A program made the translations under genes and the position numbers. Positions 1 to 9,980 of a stretch of 64,000 nucleotides of DNA are shown here, piece by piece. Within the stretch, counting starts at the first letter, position 1. Each line of letters starts with the position of its first letter. The notes beneath the pieces were generated by a model, which saw only the letters and a program-made list of their open reading frames with translations, did no database searches and was not told the DNA's origin. The stretch lies in the IMG/VR virus record IMGVR_UViG_3300021197_001489, positions 186,001-250,000 of that record. One strand, given 5' to 3'.

Positions 1-1
1 C

Positions 2-1471
2 ATGGCGGCTGTTGATGCAAGCAAAATGAACAAGCAGGCAAACTATACGCCGTTTAGCGACAAACAAAGTCCAGATGGGTTACCAGAGAAGAAAAAAGAT
101 AACAAGATGTTTGAAAAAGAGTCTGATGTTGAAAGAGATGATCGTGCAGAAAAAGCAGGACGTGAAGTAAAGCGTGATGCAAAATATGATCACTATCGGC
201 ATGCTGGTAAAGATGGCAAGTCAGTAACCAAAGACATTGAGTATGATGAGAAGCATGACAAAGATGGAATGCACGAAGCTCAAGGCTATGACGATAAAGA
301 AGACGAGTCAATGGGTATGCGTACTGGCAAAGAGTCAGACAAAAAGCAGTCAATGAAAGATCGTAGAGATGATTCCTATGGGAAATTTGGCAAACGTGAT
401 AAAGAACACGAAGATGGAAAGATGCACATGGGTGAAAACTCAGGCACACTTAAAGACGCAGCCAGACAAGGCGTGTTAGCACGTTTAGCAGAACTAGCCG
501 GTGTACCAGCACAAGAAATTGAAGAAGCACTAGGTACTCCACAAGAGATTGCAAACAAGATTATGTCTGAAAATCCACTTGATGAAGCAGACGTCGAAGA
601 AGGTAATGCATTCTCAGGTGCTATGGCACAAGCTAAAAAAGATGGCAAAGATGATTTTGAAGTTGACGGCAAGAAGTACAAAGTATCTGAAGCTGAGATG
701 GAAGAAGATCACATGGACATGAAAACACTCAAATGTAAAGAGTGTGGTGATATGCTTGGCATGCCAACTACAGATTGTGAATGTGACAGTATGGATCCAA
801 AAGGTGACAACTGGATTATGGTTGATGTTGACAATGATGGCGATATGGATATGGCAGTTGCAAACGAAGCAGCCAAGCCAGATTTTGCAGATATTGACGG
901 AGACGGCGACAAAAAAGAAGATATGAAAAAAGCTGCCAAAGACAAAGCCAAGAACGAAGACAAAGTTGAAGAAACCACAGTAGCTGGAGCAATTGCAACA
1001 GATGCTAGCGGCAACGGAAAAGCATTATACAAGCAGGCAAGTGTTTATGAGTCAAACGAAATTGCCCGTGCAGCAAGCAAACTAATGGAAGGCATGGACA
1101 TCAATGTTAGTTTAAGTGACCGAGCTGGTCCCAGTCTAACCATTAATGCAACTGATGAAGATGCAATGAAATTAGGTGGATTGCTTAAACTAGCCGGAAT
1201 TGGTATGAACATGCAGAATGAAATGACTGAAGAGATGGAATTTGCAAATGGTGCAGATGATACTGCAACAGCAGATACAGACACATTGGTTAACGGTATT
1301 GCTGGCGGACTAAACGGTCCAAAGATGCAAGTGAACCCAAACAACATGGCTGATAATCCGCTTGCTATGAAAGGTATGAAAAATAACTCAGTCAACCTTG
1401 GTGAGTCAGAGCTTGAAGAAACAAGTGCAAGTCATTTAATGGAACTTTACAAGGAATACAAAGCAAAATGA
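2..1471 (+). CDS. Acidic low-complexity putative internal head/virion protein (may be 5'-truncated by the window)
   Basis: D/E/K-rich ORF with many (L/V/M)xE|A/G motifs and DxDGDGD motifs; upstream of terminase. Confidence 0.6.
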   Translation: MAAVDASKMNKQANYTPFSDKQSPDGLPEKKKDNKMFEKESDVERDDRAEKAGREVKRDAKYDHYRHAGKDGKSVTKDIEYDEKHDKDGMHEAQGYDDKEDESMGMRTGKESDKKQSMKDRRDDSYGKFGKRDKEHEDGKMHMGENSGTLKDAARQGVLARLAELAGVPAQEIEEALGTPQEIANKIMSENPLDEADVEEGNAFSGAMAQAKKDGKDDFEVDGKKYKVSEAEMEEDHMDMKTLKCKECGDMLGMPTTDCECDSMDPKGDNWIMVDVDNDGDMDMAVANEAAKPDFADIDGDGDKKEDMKKAAKDKAKNEDKVEETTVAGAIATDASGNGKALYKQASVYESNEIARAASKLMEGMDINVSLSDRAGPSLTINATDEDAMKLGGLLKLAGIGMNMQNEMTEEMEFANGADDTATADTDTLVNGIAGGLNGPKMQVNPNNMADNPLAMKGMKNNSVNLGESELEETSASHLMELYKEYKAK

Positions 1472-2622
1472 GTCTAAAGAAATACATCACTGAGAGTGAA
1501 AGAGCGCAAGCCTTTATGGTCGAAGGCGATGTGTTTACAGTTGCAGTCAATGAAGAACTTGCACTGGAGTTTGATGTGGTTAGCCACACAGATGACAGCG
1601 TAGTTGTCGAAACAGATGACTTTGGGACAACAGTGCTTGAGCATTGCGGTTGCCACATGATTGCAGACGACGATAAGGAAGTTACAGAAGATACTATAGA
1701 CGAAGCAAGAAATTGTGGTTGTGGACAGACACCTTGTATAACATACGGTAATAAAAATGAATCAAATGAAGAAGTTGCTGAAGATCGTGAAGTAATGGTT
1801 AGAGCAAGAGACATTCGTTTTGCTGGGTCAGCACTTGATAAACTTCCAACAGACTTAAATGTAAAAGTAATGGCCAATCCTGGTGATGATGACGAAGCAA
1901 TTTATGATATGGTTGCAGATGAACTAGAAGATCGATATGGGGTCAAAGTAAGTGGCTTTCATATGCAGATGACAGAAGCTGAAGACAGTCATGTACACGA
2001 TGGTGACATGGACAAGGCTGCTGACTACAAGCGTAAATCAGCTTACCACAGGCGTATGGGCAACGATGACGCAGCCGACTTTTATAAGAAAAAAGTCGAT
2101 GCTATTTTTGCCAAGGGCCTAAACATAAATCGTGCATTAGACGAAGACGCTGACGATGCCGCAGATGCTATCAAGCGTAGAATTATGAACATGGAAGACT
2201 TCAGTGAAATGGTAAGAAACTACGGTATTGAGCGTATTGTTGATGCTATCAATGATGAAGCTGAAGATCACGATGATGATGAACTAGGTAGCAGTGATGT
2301 TAGCGCAATGGTTAACAGTGTGATCCGCTCATTGGAACGTAGCAAAACCAACGAAGCTGAATACCAAGGACGTAAAGTTAAACTTGGCAAGCCAACACGT
2401 GGCGATGTTAAAAAGTACAAAGTATATGTTAAGAATCCAAAGACAGGCAATGTTAAAAAAGTTAATTTTGGAGATCCAAACATGGAAATCCGCAGAGACA
2501 ACCCCAAAGCCCGCAAGAGCTTTAGAGCAAGACATAACTGTTCAGACAAAAAAGATAGAACAAAGGCTGGTTACTGGAGCTGCCGTATGTGGAGTTCCAA
2601 ACCAGTTAGCAAGATAGTATAA
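1468..2622 (+). CDS. Putative internal head protein with basic C-terminal domain seen in T4-like phages (AEYQGRKVKL...YWSCRMW)
   Basis: ATGA overlap with previous gene; modules separated by xxE|A motifs; C-terminal module recognised from memory. Confidence 0.6.
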   Translation: MSLKKYITESERAQAFMVEGDVFTVAVNEELALEFDVVSHTDDSVVVETDDFGTTVLEHCGCHMIADDDKEVTEDTIDEARNCGCGQTPCITYGNKNESNEEVAEDREVMVRARDIRFAGSALDKLPTDLNVKVMANPGDDDEAIYDMVADELEDRYGVKVSGFHMQMTEAEDSHVHDGDMDKAADYKRKSAYHRRMGNDDAADFYKKKVDAIFAKGLNINRALDEDADDAADAIKRRIMNMEDFSEMVRNYGIERIVDAINDEAEDHDDDELGSSDVSAMVNSVIRSLERSKTNEAEYQGRKVKLGKPTRGDVKKYKVYVKNPKTGNVKKVNFGDPNMEIRRDNPKARKSFRARHNCSDKKDRTKAGYWSCRMWSSKPVSKIV

Positions 2623-2634
2623 GGAAAAAAATAA

Positions 2635-2925
2635 ATGGCTAGTCAAACAAACACATATGCAGGCGCAATATCAGCCCAAGCCTGGACAACAGACAAAGCA
2701 ATGATCTCAACCGGCGTGACCAGTGTAACAGCACAAGTCATACTTGCTGGTAAGCCAAATGAAAACACAGACACTATTTACAGTGCCGCAATTGTTATTC
2801 CGGCAAACAGTGTGCAATACATTTATGTAGGTGTTGGCAACCAACTTACCATTACTGGCGGTTCAGGAACAGCAACCGAAATGGGAACAGCATCAAGTGC
2901 AGACTCAGGCGTTTACCAAAGCTAA
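2635..2925 (+). CDS. Small putative virion protein
   Basis: AAGGA RBS; A/T/S/G-rich, beta-strand-like composition. Confidence 0.55.
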   Translation: MASQTNTYAGAISAQAWTTDKAMISTGVTSVTAQVILAGKPNENTDTIYSAAIVIPANSVQYIYVGVGNQLTITGGSGTATEMGTASSADSGVYQS

Positions 2926-3302
2926 TGAGAGCTAGCGAATTCTTACAAGAAGAAAGAGGTCTGCGCCTCAAGCACAAAAAAGGCAAAGCGCCTCATGTGC
3001 ATCAGGCAGCAAGTCCTGGTCATGTAAGAAGTAAAGGTTACTACGACATGTATCGTGCTACCATGGCAATGGCAGGCATGGACTCAGACGGCAACAACGA
3101 AAACATGCCTGATCCAGAAAGTTGGATCGGCGGCGACGGTCTTGTTAATGCGTTAACTGACGAAGAGCGCAGCATGGCAAAGAAAGCATTTAGCGCACTT
3201 GGAATGCCCAGCAAGGAAGATAGTAGCCACACAGGCAGCCGCGAACCAGATGGAGTCAATTCAGGGTCACCAATAGTGGCATTCAAAGGCTACCCTCGTT
3301 AA
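2925..3302 (+). CDS. Hypothetical, probable head-packaged protein
   Basis: TAATG coupling; N-terminus MRASEFLQE resembles a capsid-targeting/cleavage leader. Confidence 0.55.
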   Translation: MRASEFLQEERGLRLKHKKGKAPHVHQAASPGHVRSKGYYDMYRATMAMAGMDSDGNNENMPDPESWIGGDGLVNALTDEERSMAKKAFSALGMPSKEDSSHTGSREPDGVNSGSPIVAFKGYPR

Positions 3303-3327
3303 TAAATACTCCTAATAACAGGAGTAT
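3303..3327 (+). promoter_or_regulatory. Late promoter TAAATA overlapping an SD-sequestering hairpin
   Basis: TAAATA 3303-3308; ATACTCCT 3306-3313 pairs with AGGAGTAT 3320-3327. Confidence 0.65.
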
Positions 3328-3330
3328 AAC

Positions 3331-3777
3331 ATGTACGAGTACAGAGCAAAACTAATAAACATAGTTGACGGAGACACAGTAGACGTAGATATCGATCTTG
3401 GGTTTGGTATCTGGATGAGAGACGAGCGTGTGAGAATCATGGGCATTGACACACCTGAAAGCCGCACAAGAGATTTAATAGAAAAAAAGTTTGGATTAGC
3501 AGCAAAAAAACGCATGGCTGAACTATTAGGCGAAGCCGACGTTGTTCTCAAAACACAAATTGCCAGAGATGGTGAAGATATGAAAGGCAAGTTCGGGCGT
3601 ATCCTAGGCGACTTTGATGTGTATTATAGCCCACAAGATCGTACAATGCGGGTTACTGAAATTATGATGCTAGAAGGACATGCAGTACCTTACATGGGCG
3701 GCAGCAAAGAAGAACTGCTAGAACAGCACATGGCTAACAGAGCAAAACTAATTGCAGAAGGTGTAGTGGAAGCATGA
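3331..3777 (+). CDS. Thermonuclease (SNase-family) nuclease
   Basis: IVDGDTV and VRIMGIDTPE motifs, K(F)GRILG. Confidence 0.85.
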   Translation: MYEYRAKLINIVDGDTVDVDIDLGFGIWMRDERVRIMGIDTPESRTRDLIEKKFGLAAKKRMAELLGEADVVLKTQIARDGEDMKGKFGRILGDFDVYYSPQDRTMRVTEIMMLEGHAVPYMGGSKEELLEQHMANRAKLIAEGVVEA

Positions 3778-3914
3778 TTGCAAGTGTAAACTTTGGAGGA
3801 TTAGGCAAACCGGCACCCAACGTAGCACCACTTGTTGCACCAACTCCCCCAGAACACAAGAAGCCTAAAATGCAACATATAAAAAACACCTATCCTAAGC
3901 AGATCGACGAGTAA
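3774..3914 (+). CDS. Small Pro-rich hypothetical protein (46 aa, not in ORF track)
   Basis: ATGA-coupled ORF MIASVNFGGLGKPAP... fills the gap. Confidence 0.35.
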   Translation: MIASVNFGGLGKPAPNVAPLVAPTPPEHKKPKMQHIKNTYPKQIDE

Positions 3915-4443
3915 CAATCACATTTTTAACACCAAGGTATTGCTCCCAACTAGGATGCGGTACATGCATTGTTACACTTTGGATATTTTTTACAACACGC
4001 CAGTAGTCAGGCTGTGAAGGTTGTTTAATAGGTTTCCATCCTTTGCTACTGCCTTTAGCAATATTGCAAGTTCGGCATGCAGTTACACTGTTTTCCCAAG
4101 TAGTTTTCCCGCCACGACTAATAGGAATCACATGATCCAGTGTAAGTTCTTTGCCGCTTACTGTATCTTCACAATACTGACAGGTGTACAAATCACGCAA
4201 ATAAAGATTCTGTCTGCTAAAACGCATCTTGCCTCTATCACGCTTGAAGCCACGCTTTGCAACTACTACAGCAGGCACACGCATATCCAGTTTAGCACTG
4301 TGAACAATCCAGTCGTCGTGCCACTCTAACACAGTTACCTTGTCAAGAAAGAACAGTTTGACAGCTATTTGCCAACTGACCGTACTAAGCGGCAAATAAC
4401 TGACCGGTTGATAGTCCGGTGCTAATACTAGTGTGCTACCCAT
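3895..4443 (-). CDS. HNH endonuclease (McrA-like, stand-alone)
   Basis: RDLYTCQYC, LTLDHVIPISRGG, WENSVTACRTCNIAKG; start set at ATG 4443, 5 nt after TAAATA. Confidence 0.9.
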   Translation of the reverse strand: MGSTLVLAPDYQPVSYLPLSTVSWQIAVKLFFLDKVTVLEWHDDWIVHSAKLDMRVPAVVVAKRGFKRDRGKMRFSRQNLYLRDLYTCQYCEDTVSGKELTLDHVIPISRGGKTTWENSVTACRTCNIAKGSSKGWKPIKQPSQPDYWRVVKNIQSVTMHVPHPSWEQYLGVKNVIVTRRSA

Positions 4444-4448
4444 ACTGG

Positions 4449-4485
4449 TATTTAACAACATAGGGCAGGTGCTAATACATAAGTA
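4449..4485. promoter_or_regulatory. Back-to-back late promoters (TAAATA minus strand 4449-4454; TAAGTA plus strand 4480-4485)
   Basis: Each hexamer lies exactly 5 nt before an ATG with no SD. Confidence 0.6.
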
Positions 4486-4490
4486 TTAGT

Positions 4491-5366
4491 ATGGTTAATA
4501 TTTGGTTAAGTTTTGTTCCCGGCAGTGCTGCCAGCACCATAGAATTAATATTGCGTAGTTGTACAGATCTCGATACGTTACCTCTTAACGCAGATATTAC
4601 ACTTAATAATAAGGATCCTGATGCAGTAAACGGGCACGGATACAAACAGTGGCATCCTTTAGATAAACAACAGTTAATGCATCCAACCTTTGAACCGGCA
4701 GCTAATAATATATTTACGCCCATAGTTCCTATGTTAGATTTTAAAGGAAAAGAAATATTTGAATACATTTCGCAATCATATACAACTGAACAACGTTTTT
4801 TTTATCTAGGTCCTAGCAATGCTACCAGTAGTGAATTTGCACTAATTACTCAACAAAAAACTGGAAAAAATATAACAAACTTTAAAGACGCAATGAAATC
4901 AGACACAGGAAACTGGTCTGAAAAAGAGTTAGATCACTGGGAATGGAGAGAATACTTTAGTTTAACTATTCCACAGTGGTGGTTCCCTGAGATGCAAGCC
5001 CAATGGGACTTGGCAAAAAGTTTAGGATTTTATTGTATTGATACACAGGATATATTTGATAATTTTAAAAAGATTAATCTTGATGTTATAGAGCACATCG
5101 GGTGTAATATAGTTGACGATAATTCGTTTGAACAAAAAATAAATCAATGGCAACATGGTCAAAATAAAATTTGGAAACAATGGGAAAATTATATACAATA
5201 TAAAGATACTATACTAGGCAAGGCTAAGTACGATGTAGACTTGTTTGGAGACTTAGTTCTTGAAAGTTTGATACAATATCATTTGCGAGAAGTTGGAATC
5301 GAATTAAAGTGTGATGGTTTAAATAGATTTCCTACCAGCGGAGAAATTAAAAAATATTATGAGTAA
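4491..5366 (+). CDS. Hypothetical protein, possibly sulfotransferase/P-loop-like; paralog of 29457-30206
   Basis: N-terminal FVPGSAAS; shared C-terminal motif E..Q..LR..G.E..CDGL..FPT. Confidence 0.55.
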   Translation: MVNIWLSFVPGSAASTIELILRSCTDLDTLPLNADITLNNKDPDAVNGHGYKQWHPLDKQQLMHPTFEPAANNIFTPIVPMLDFKGKEIFEYISQSYTTEQRFFYLGPSNATSSEFALITQQKTGKNITNFKDAMKSDTGNWSEKELDHWEWREYFSLTIPQWWFPEMQAQWDLAKSLGFYCIDTQDIFDNFKKINLDVIEHIGCNIVDDNSFEQKINQWQHGQNKIWKQWENYIQYKDTILGKAKYDVDLFGDLVLESLIQYHLREVGIELKCDGLNRFPTSGEIKKYYE

Positions 5367-6918
5367 AAGCCTGGATGGGGTACTGGTAAAAAGTGCCTAT
5401 AAAAAACAAGAATTTACTGAACAGCAACTTCAAGAGTTTGCTGCTTGTGCCGATCCGGTAACAGGACCTGAATATTTTATGAGAAATTTCTTCTATATTC
5501 AGCATCCAGTGCAAGGAAAAATGAAGTACGATCCTTGGGAGTTTCAAGAAAGGCTGATCAGTACCTATCACAACTATAGATTTTCAATATCAATGATGCC
5601 AAGACAGACTGGCAAGAGTACAAGTGCTGCTGGATATCTATTGTGGTATGCAATGTTTAGACCAGATAGTACCATATTGGTAGCAGCACACAAGTATGCA
5701 GGCGCACAAGAAATTATGCAGCGTGTTCGTTATGCGTACGAAGACTGCCCTGATCACATCCGCGCTGGCGCTACAAGTTACAATAAAGGGTCGATTGAAT
5801 TTGACAATGGTTCAAGAATAGTTGCGCAAACCACAACTGAAAATACCGGACGTGGTATGAGTATTACACTGCTATACTGTGATGAGTTTGCATTTGTGAG
5901 ACCTACAATTGCCAAAGAATTTTGGACATCAATATCTCCCACATTGAGTACAGGTGGTGGTGCTATTATTACTAGTACACCTAACAGTGACGAGGATCAG
6001 TTTGCGTTTATTTGGAAAGGTGCAAACAAAACAGAAGACAACTACGGCAATGAAACAGAGCTAGGTGTAAACGGCTTTAAAGCCTTCAGAGCATACTGGG
6101 CAGAACACCCTGACAGAGATGATGACTGGGCCGACGAACAGCGCAATATACTAGGTATCGAACGTTTTCGTAGAGAGATGGATTGCGAGTTTATTATCAA
6201 CGATGAAACACTTATCGCGCCAACCAAACTGATTGACCTTGAAGGAATAGAACCACAGTATAGAACAGGACAAGTACGTTGGTATAAACGTCCTGAACTA
6301 GGAAAAATCTACGTTGTTGGACTTGATCCAAGTCTTGGCACAGGCGGAGATCCTTGTGCCATACAGGTATGGGAAGCAAACAGTAATGTGCAGATTGCTG
6401 AATGGAAACATAACCGAACAACCATCCCAGAGCAAATACGCATCCTAGCTGATATTTGCAAACACATCAACGAAACAGTCAAACATCCTCCAAGTATCTA
6501 CTACAGTGTTGAAAACAATACTATTGGCGAAGCAAGTTTGATATCAATTAGAGATTATGGTGAAGAAAACATACAAGGATACTTTCTCAGCGATATTGGC
6601 AAAGGTCGTAGCGGTCGCAAAGGATTTAATACCACACACAAAGTTAAACTAGCCGCATGTGCAAAGTTCAAAAACCTACTAGAACAAGATAGATTAAAAA
6701 TTAACAGCCTAAGTTTGATCAGCGAACTCAAAAACTTTGTGGCACATGGTACTAGCTATGCTGCAAAACCTGGCGAAACAGACGATCTTGTAATGGCAAC
6801 TTTGCTAGTGGTGCGTATGATGCAGGTATTGCAAAGTTATCACAATGAATTAGACGGGCAAATGACTGATCATGAAGATATGGGTATTGAACCTATGCCG
6901 TTTGTGGCAATGTTTTAA
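5359..6918 (+). CDS. terL: Terminase large subunit (T4 gp17-like)
   Basis: Walker A PRQTGKST, Walker B LLYCDEFAF, TSTPN, nuclease GLDP and DDLVMA motifs. Confidence 0.95.
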   Translation: MSKSLDGVLVKSAYKKQEFTEQQLQEFAACADPVTGPEYFMRNFFYIQHPVQGKMKYDPWEFQERLISTYHNYRFSISMMPRQTGKSTSAAGYLLWYAMFRPDSTILVAAHKYAGAQEIMQRVRYAYEDCPDHIRAGATSYNKGSIEFDNGSRIVAQTTTENTGRGMSITLLYCDEFAFVRPTIAKEFWTSISPTLSTGGGAIITSTPNSDEDQFAFIWKGANKTEDNYGNETELGVNGFKAFRAYWAEHPDRDDDWADEQRNILGIERFRREMDCEFIINDETLIAPTKLIDLEGIEPQYRTGQVRWYKRPELGKIYVVGLDPSLGTGGDPCAIQVWEANSNVQIAEWKHNRTTIPEQIRILADICKHINETVKHPPSIYYSVENNTIGEASLISIRDYGEENIQGYFLSDIGKGRSGRKGFNTTHKVKLAACAKFKNLLEQDRLKINSLSLISELKNFVAHGTSYAAKPGETDDLVMATLLVVRMMQVLQSYHNELDGQMTDHEDMGIEPMPFVAMF

Positions 6919-6929
6919 TAAATAGTATT

Positions 6930-8840
6930 ATGGCACAAGAAAATAACGCATCACAACAACTTTACGACACACTGGTCACACGGGACTTTGATCCAAAGAG
7001 CCTAGACGCTATGGGTAAACCTACAGTCAATCCTGGTGAAGCCGATCTGTTTTCGTTCAACTACAAAACTGAAAACAGCGACTATGGTACAGTGGTTATA
7101 CTGGTAAACGGTGATAATGATCTTGAAGTTTTCTATGGCGACAATCTTGGACGAGGTATGGAACGTGGGGATCGTGGCGACTGGTATGATTTTCTTGGTA
7201 TTATTAGAAATATAGCCAAGCGCAATCTACTAACATTTAGCCTGAACAACATGAACAGATTGAAGTATTCAATGAAAAGCATGGCACAGTTAGCTGAAGG
7301 CTGGAAAGGTCACAGCAAAACAAGAAGTTCTAGCAGTCAACCAGGCAATGCTCGAGTGGTAATACAACATTCAAGAGCACTTGGCGAAGGCGAAGCACGT
7401 TTTCGAAATATTGAAAGTTTGTTTGTTGAAAATGCAGCGGGTGAAAGATTCCGTATGCCTTTCAAAAGTATTGCTGGCGCAAAGGCAATGGCAAGACATG
7501 TTAGTGAAGGCGGCAATCCATATGATAGTTTTGGACAGCATATCAGTGCTACTATCAACGAGATGGGAACACTGTCAAGATTTATAAGAGCAAGCAGAAG
7601 CAATGCATTTGCACAAAACGAAAGTGCATTAGGCATTGTAGAAGATGCAGTAAAGCATTACAGTGACATCAAGCGTAAAGCAAAGAAAATGATCAGTCGC
7701 AGAGGATATAAAGATATCTTTGCAGCATTTGATCCTTTGCAGGTTACTGACCTTGATGAAACAGTTGATCGGGTAAGAGAAGTATTTGTTAACAGCGCAC
7801 TTGACAGGCGCATTGAAGAAGCTCTTCCTATCCTAGCAAAGATACAGGAAGAGAACATGAAAGAAGCAGACATTTTTGAACAGTGGGCTGACCGTATTAC
7901 GGAAGGTACCTGGGCGTTACCTGACTCAGAGGAACAAATGTCCAAACTTAAAAAGCTCATGAGCGAGCCCCTTATGTGTGGACCTGACGGAGAGTATGCA
8001 ACAGAGCAGTTATATGATCTAATTGGTGACGATGAATTGTTCGATGACATCAGCGCACTTGCTGACCGCGATCCAAATGCAGATTGTAGAGAGCTAGTAA
8101 AAGCAAGACTTGCAGACTTTGACATTGTCATTGATGAATCAATGAGCGAAGGTGCAATGAGCGATCTACATCAGCACATAGGTGAAATGATTGCAGATGG
8201 TGACAGCAACGAAGAAATCAAGAAAATGCATCCTGGCGTTAGTGATCAAAACATTAACAGTATTCGCAAACAAATGGAAGAATCAGTTGATATCAATACA
8301 GGAAAACCAGTACCTAAAACTAATTTTATGGGCGTTAATGTAAGAAGTAAAGAAGATAGAATCAGAGACAAAAAAACACAGATTGAATTGGCAAAACGTG
8401 ATGCTCCTAAGAGCGGATTAACACAAAAAGACGTACCACAGTTAGAAAAAGAACTTAAAGATCTAATGAAAGAAGAATCAGTAACTGAAGACCCAACACA
8501 GGAAGATCCGGCAAGTGGTTATGCAGCAGGACAAGCAGATGCAGCCGCAGGCAAAGCTCGCAGTTTGGGAATGAATTTAGGCGGTGACAACAGCGCAGTT
8601 CCAAAAACAGCAGGCGGTGACGACGTTGAAGAATCAATGGGGGATTCATTTGTAAACCCTGATGAACAAGATGGCACAGATGATGCAAACAAAATTAGCA
8701 ACAGTGAAGAGCAAGACTTAGACGATGAAGACATGACCGAAGTAACAGACATTGACACAGGAAAAACAGCATTAAAAGCAGAACGTGATCCAATGTTAGA
8801 AGCAGAGCTAGACAGACTACTACAACTAGCTCGAGGATAA
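6930..8840 (+). CDS. Conserved post-terminase virion/head protein with acidic C-terminus
   Basis: TAAATA-N5-ATG start; repeated xxE|G/S motifs; genomic position. Confidence 0.6.
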   Translation: MAQENNASQQLYDTLVTRDFDPKSLDAMGKPTVNPGEADLFSFNYKTENSDYGTVVILVNGDNDLEVFYGDNLGRGMERGDRGDWYDFLGIIRNIAKRNLLTFSLNNMNRLKYSMKSMAQLAEGWKGHSKTRSSSSQPGNARVVIQHSRALGEGEARFRNIESLFVENAAGERFRMPFKSIAGAKAMARHVSEGGNPYDSFGQHISATINEMGTLSRFIRASRSNAFAQNESALGIVEDAVKHYSDIKRKAKKMISRRGYKDIFAAFDPLQVTDLDETVDRVREVFVNSALDRRIEEALPILAKIQEENMKEADIFEQWADRITEGTWALPDSEEQMSKLKKLMSEPLMCGPDGEYATEQLYDLIGDDELFDDISALADRDPNADCRELVKARLADFDIVIDESMSEGAMSDLHQHIGEMIADGDSNEEIKKMHPGVSDQNINSIRKQMEESVDINTGKPVPKTNFMGVNVRSKEDRIRDKKTQIELAKRDAPKSGLTQKDVPQLEKELKDLMKEESVTEDPTQEDPASGYAAGQADAAAGKARSLGMNLGGDNSAVPKTAGGDDVEESMGDSFVNPDEQDGTDDANKISNSEEQDLDDEDMTEVTDIDTGKTALKAERDPMLEAELDRLLQLARG

Positions 8841-8841
8841 C

Positions 8842-9405
8842 ATGACTCCAGAAATAATTATCCCTAGTCAGTTATGGCTGATTAGGGATTTCTTTCCCCT
8901 AGAGCAATATTCTTTTGTTCGCAAACTATATCGCAATGCAGAAAACAACAAACTCAAAATGCTCTACGACAACCGTTTATTAACGGATTGGAGTGAGACT
9001 CGAGAGCCCAATGACATTTGTGCAGTGTGGGCACCGTATTTTAGCGAACTTGCTGGTATTGATCTAAAGCCGCAAGTGGGCTATGTTGACATTACGTTAT
9101 CGCATGCAAAAATCATGATGCATAGAATACACAGTAATATTAAACTGCAAGTACAAATACCACTATGCACACAAGCAGCAGACACCAACCAGTATGCGTT
9201 TTGTATTGAAGATGCAGTTAACACTGCTACTGGGGAGAATGATCATAGCCCTGCTCGTGCTATTGAAAGTAGTGAATGTGTGTATGTGCCACACGAGCCG
9301 CGCAGTGCTATTGTATATCTGAACAATCCAAGGATTTTCAATGGTATGATGAATCCAATACCTGAAAACAGCATCCGCGAAACGCTGTGGCTTAACTATC
9401 AGTGA
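8842..9405 (+). CDS. 2OG-Fe(II) oxygenase-fold protein with degenerate metal triad
   Basis: Aligns by eye with 9392-9895 and 44133-44756 but has HRI for HxD and N for the distal His. Confidence 0.55.
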   Translation: MTPEIIIPSQLWLIRDFFPLEQYSFVRKLYRNAENNKLKMLYDNRLLTDWSETREPNDICAVWAPYFSELAGIDLKPQVGYVDITLSHAKIMMHRIHSNIKLQVQIPLCTQAADTNQYAFCIEDAVNTATGENDHSPARAIESSECVYVPHEPRSAIVYLNNPRIFNGMMNPIPENSIRETLWLNYQ

Positions 9406-9895
9406 CGTTGTATTGAAACACCACACTAGTTCGTGTGCCATTGCTAGCAATAACTTGATGTTCTTTTAGGTCTGTGTTTAAATTCAAGTAACCGCAGTTT
9501 GGCTCAATTGGTATTTGTATACTTGGATCAACATGCAAGAACTCTGCACCAACTGTATCGCCGTCATTGTCAATGTATACTTGTAGTGTAACAGCGATAT
9601 CAGCAGCATCGTGATGTACTTGGCAACCAAAGCCGGGCAGGTCTAACCAAAATTTACTAACCATAAAGTTTAAATTTTGGCCTGTTAGTTTATCGAGCCC
9701 TGGTACTAGGTCAAGCCCAACTTGTTGTAGTCTTCGGTGATCATTGCTGTCTTGTAACAGCATGCGCAAATGAGGCCGCGTTACCGAAAAGCTGTTATCC
9801 GTATTGGTCTTAATATCCTTTAACCAAATCAGTGTGTCTGGATCAAAGCAGTCCTTGACAATCCATAAATTAGATGCTATATTAAACGTATTCAT
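9392..9895 (-). CDS. 2OG-Fe(II) oxygenase
   Basis: VHHD...LQVY...NCGY...H...RTS pattern; TAAATA-N5-ATG start. Confidence 0.7.
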   Translation of the reverse strand: MNTFNIASNLWIVKDCFDPDTLIWLKDIKTNTDNSFSVTRPHLRMLLQDSNDHRRLQQVGLDLVPGLDKLTGQNLNFMVSKFWLDLPGFGCQVHHDAADIAVTLQVYIDNDGDTVGAEFLHVDPSIQIPIEPNCGYLNLNTDLKEHQVIASNGTRTSVVFQYNVTDS

Positions 9896-9945
9896 GTGTA
9901 TATTTAATCCATATCAAAAGAGCCAACAAACTTTGCCGTATTGGC

Positions 9946-9974
9946 TTGACGGACTAAATAAAATTGCATATACT
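9946..9974 (+). promoter_or_regulatory. Sigma70-type promoter of gp32 with embedded late TAAATA
   Basis: TTGACG 9946-9951, 17-nt spacer, TATACT 9969-9974; TAAATA at 9955-9960. Confidence 0.75.
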
Positions 9975-9980
9975 AGTACA

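Noticed and set aside
3895-4443. HNH gene as an intron-encoded or mobile homing element
   Set aside because: Free-standing, zinc-binding McrA-type with its own late promoter; no interrupted host gene or flanking repeats
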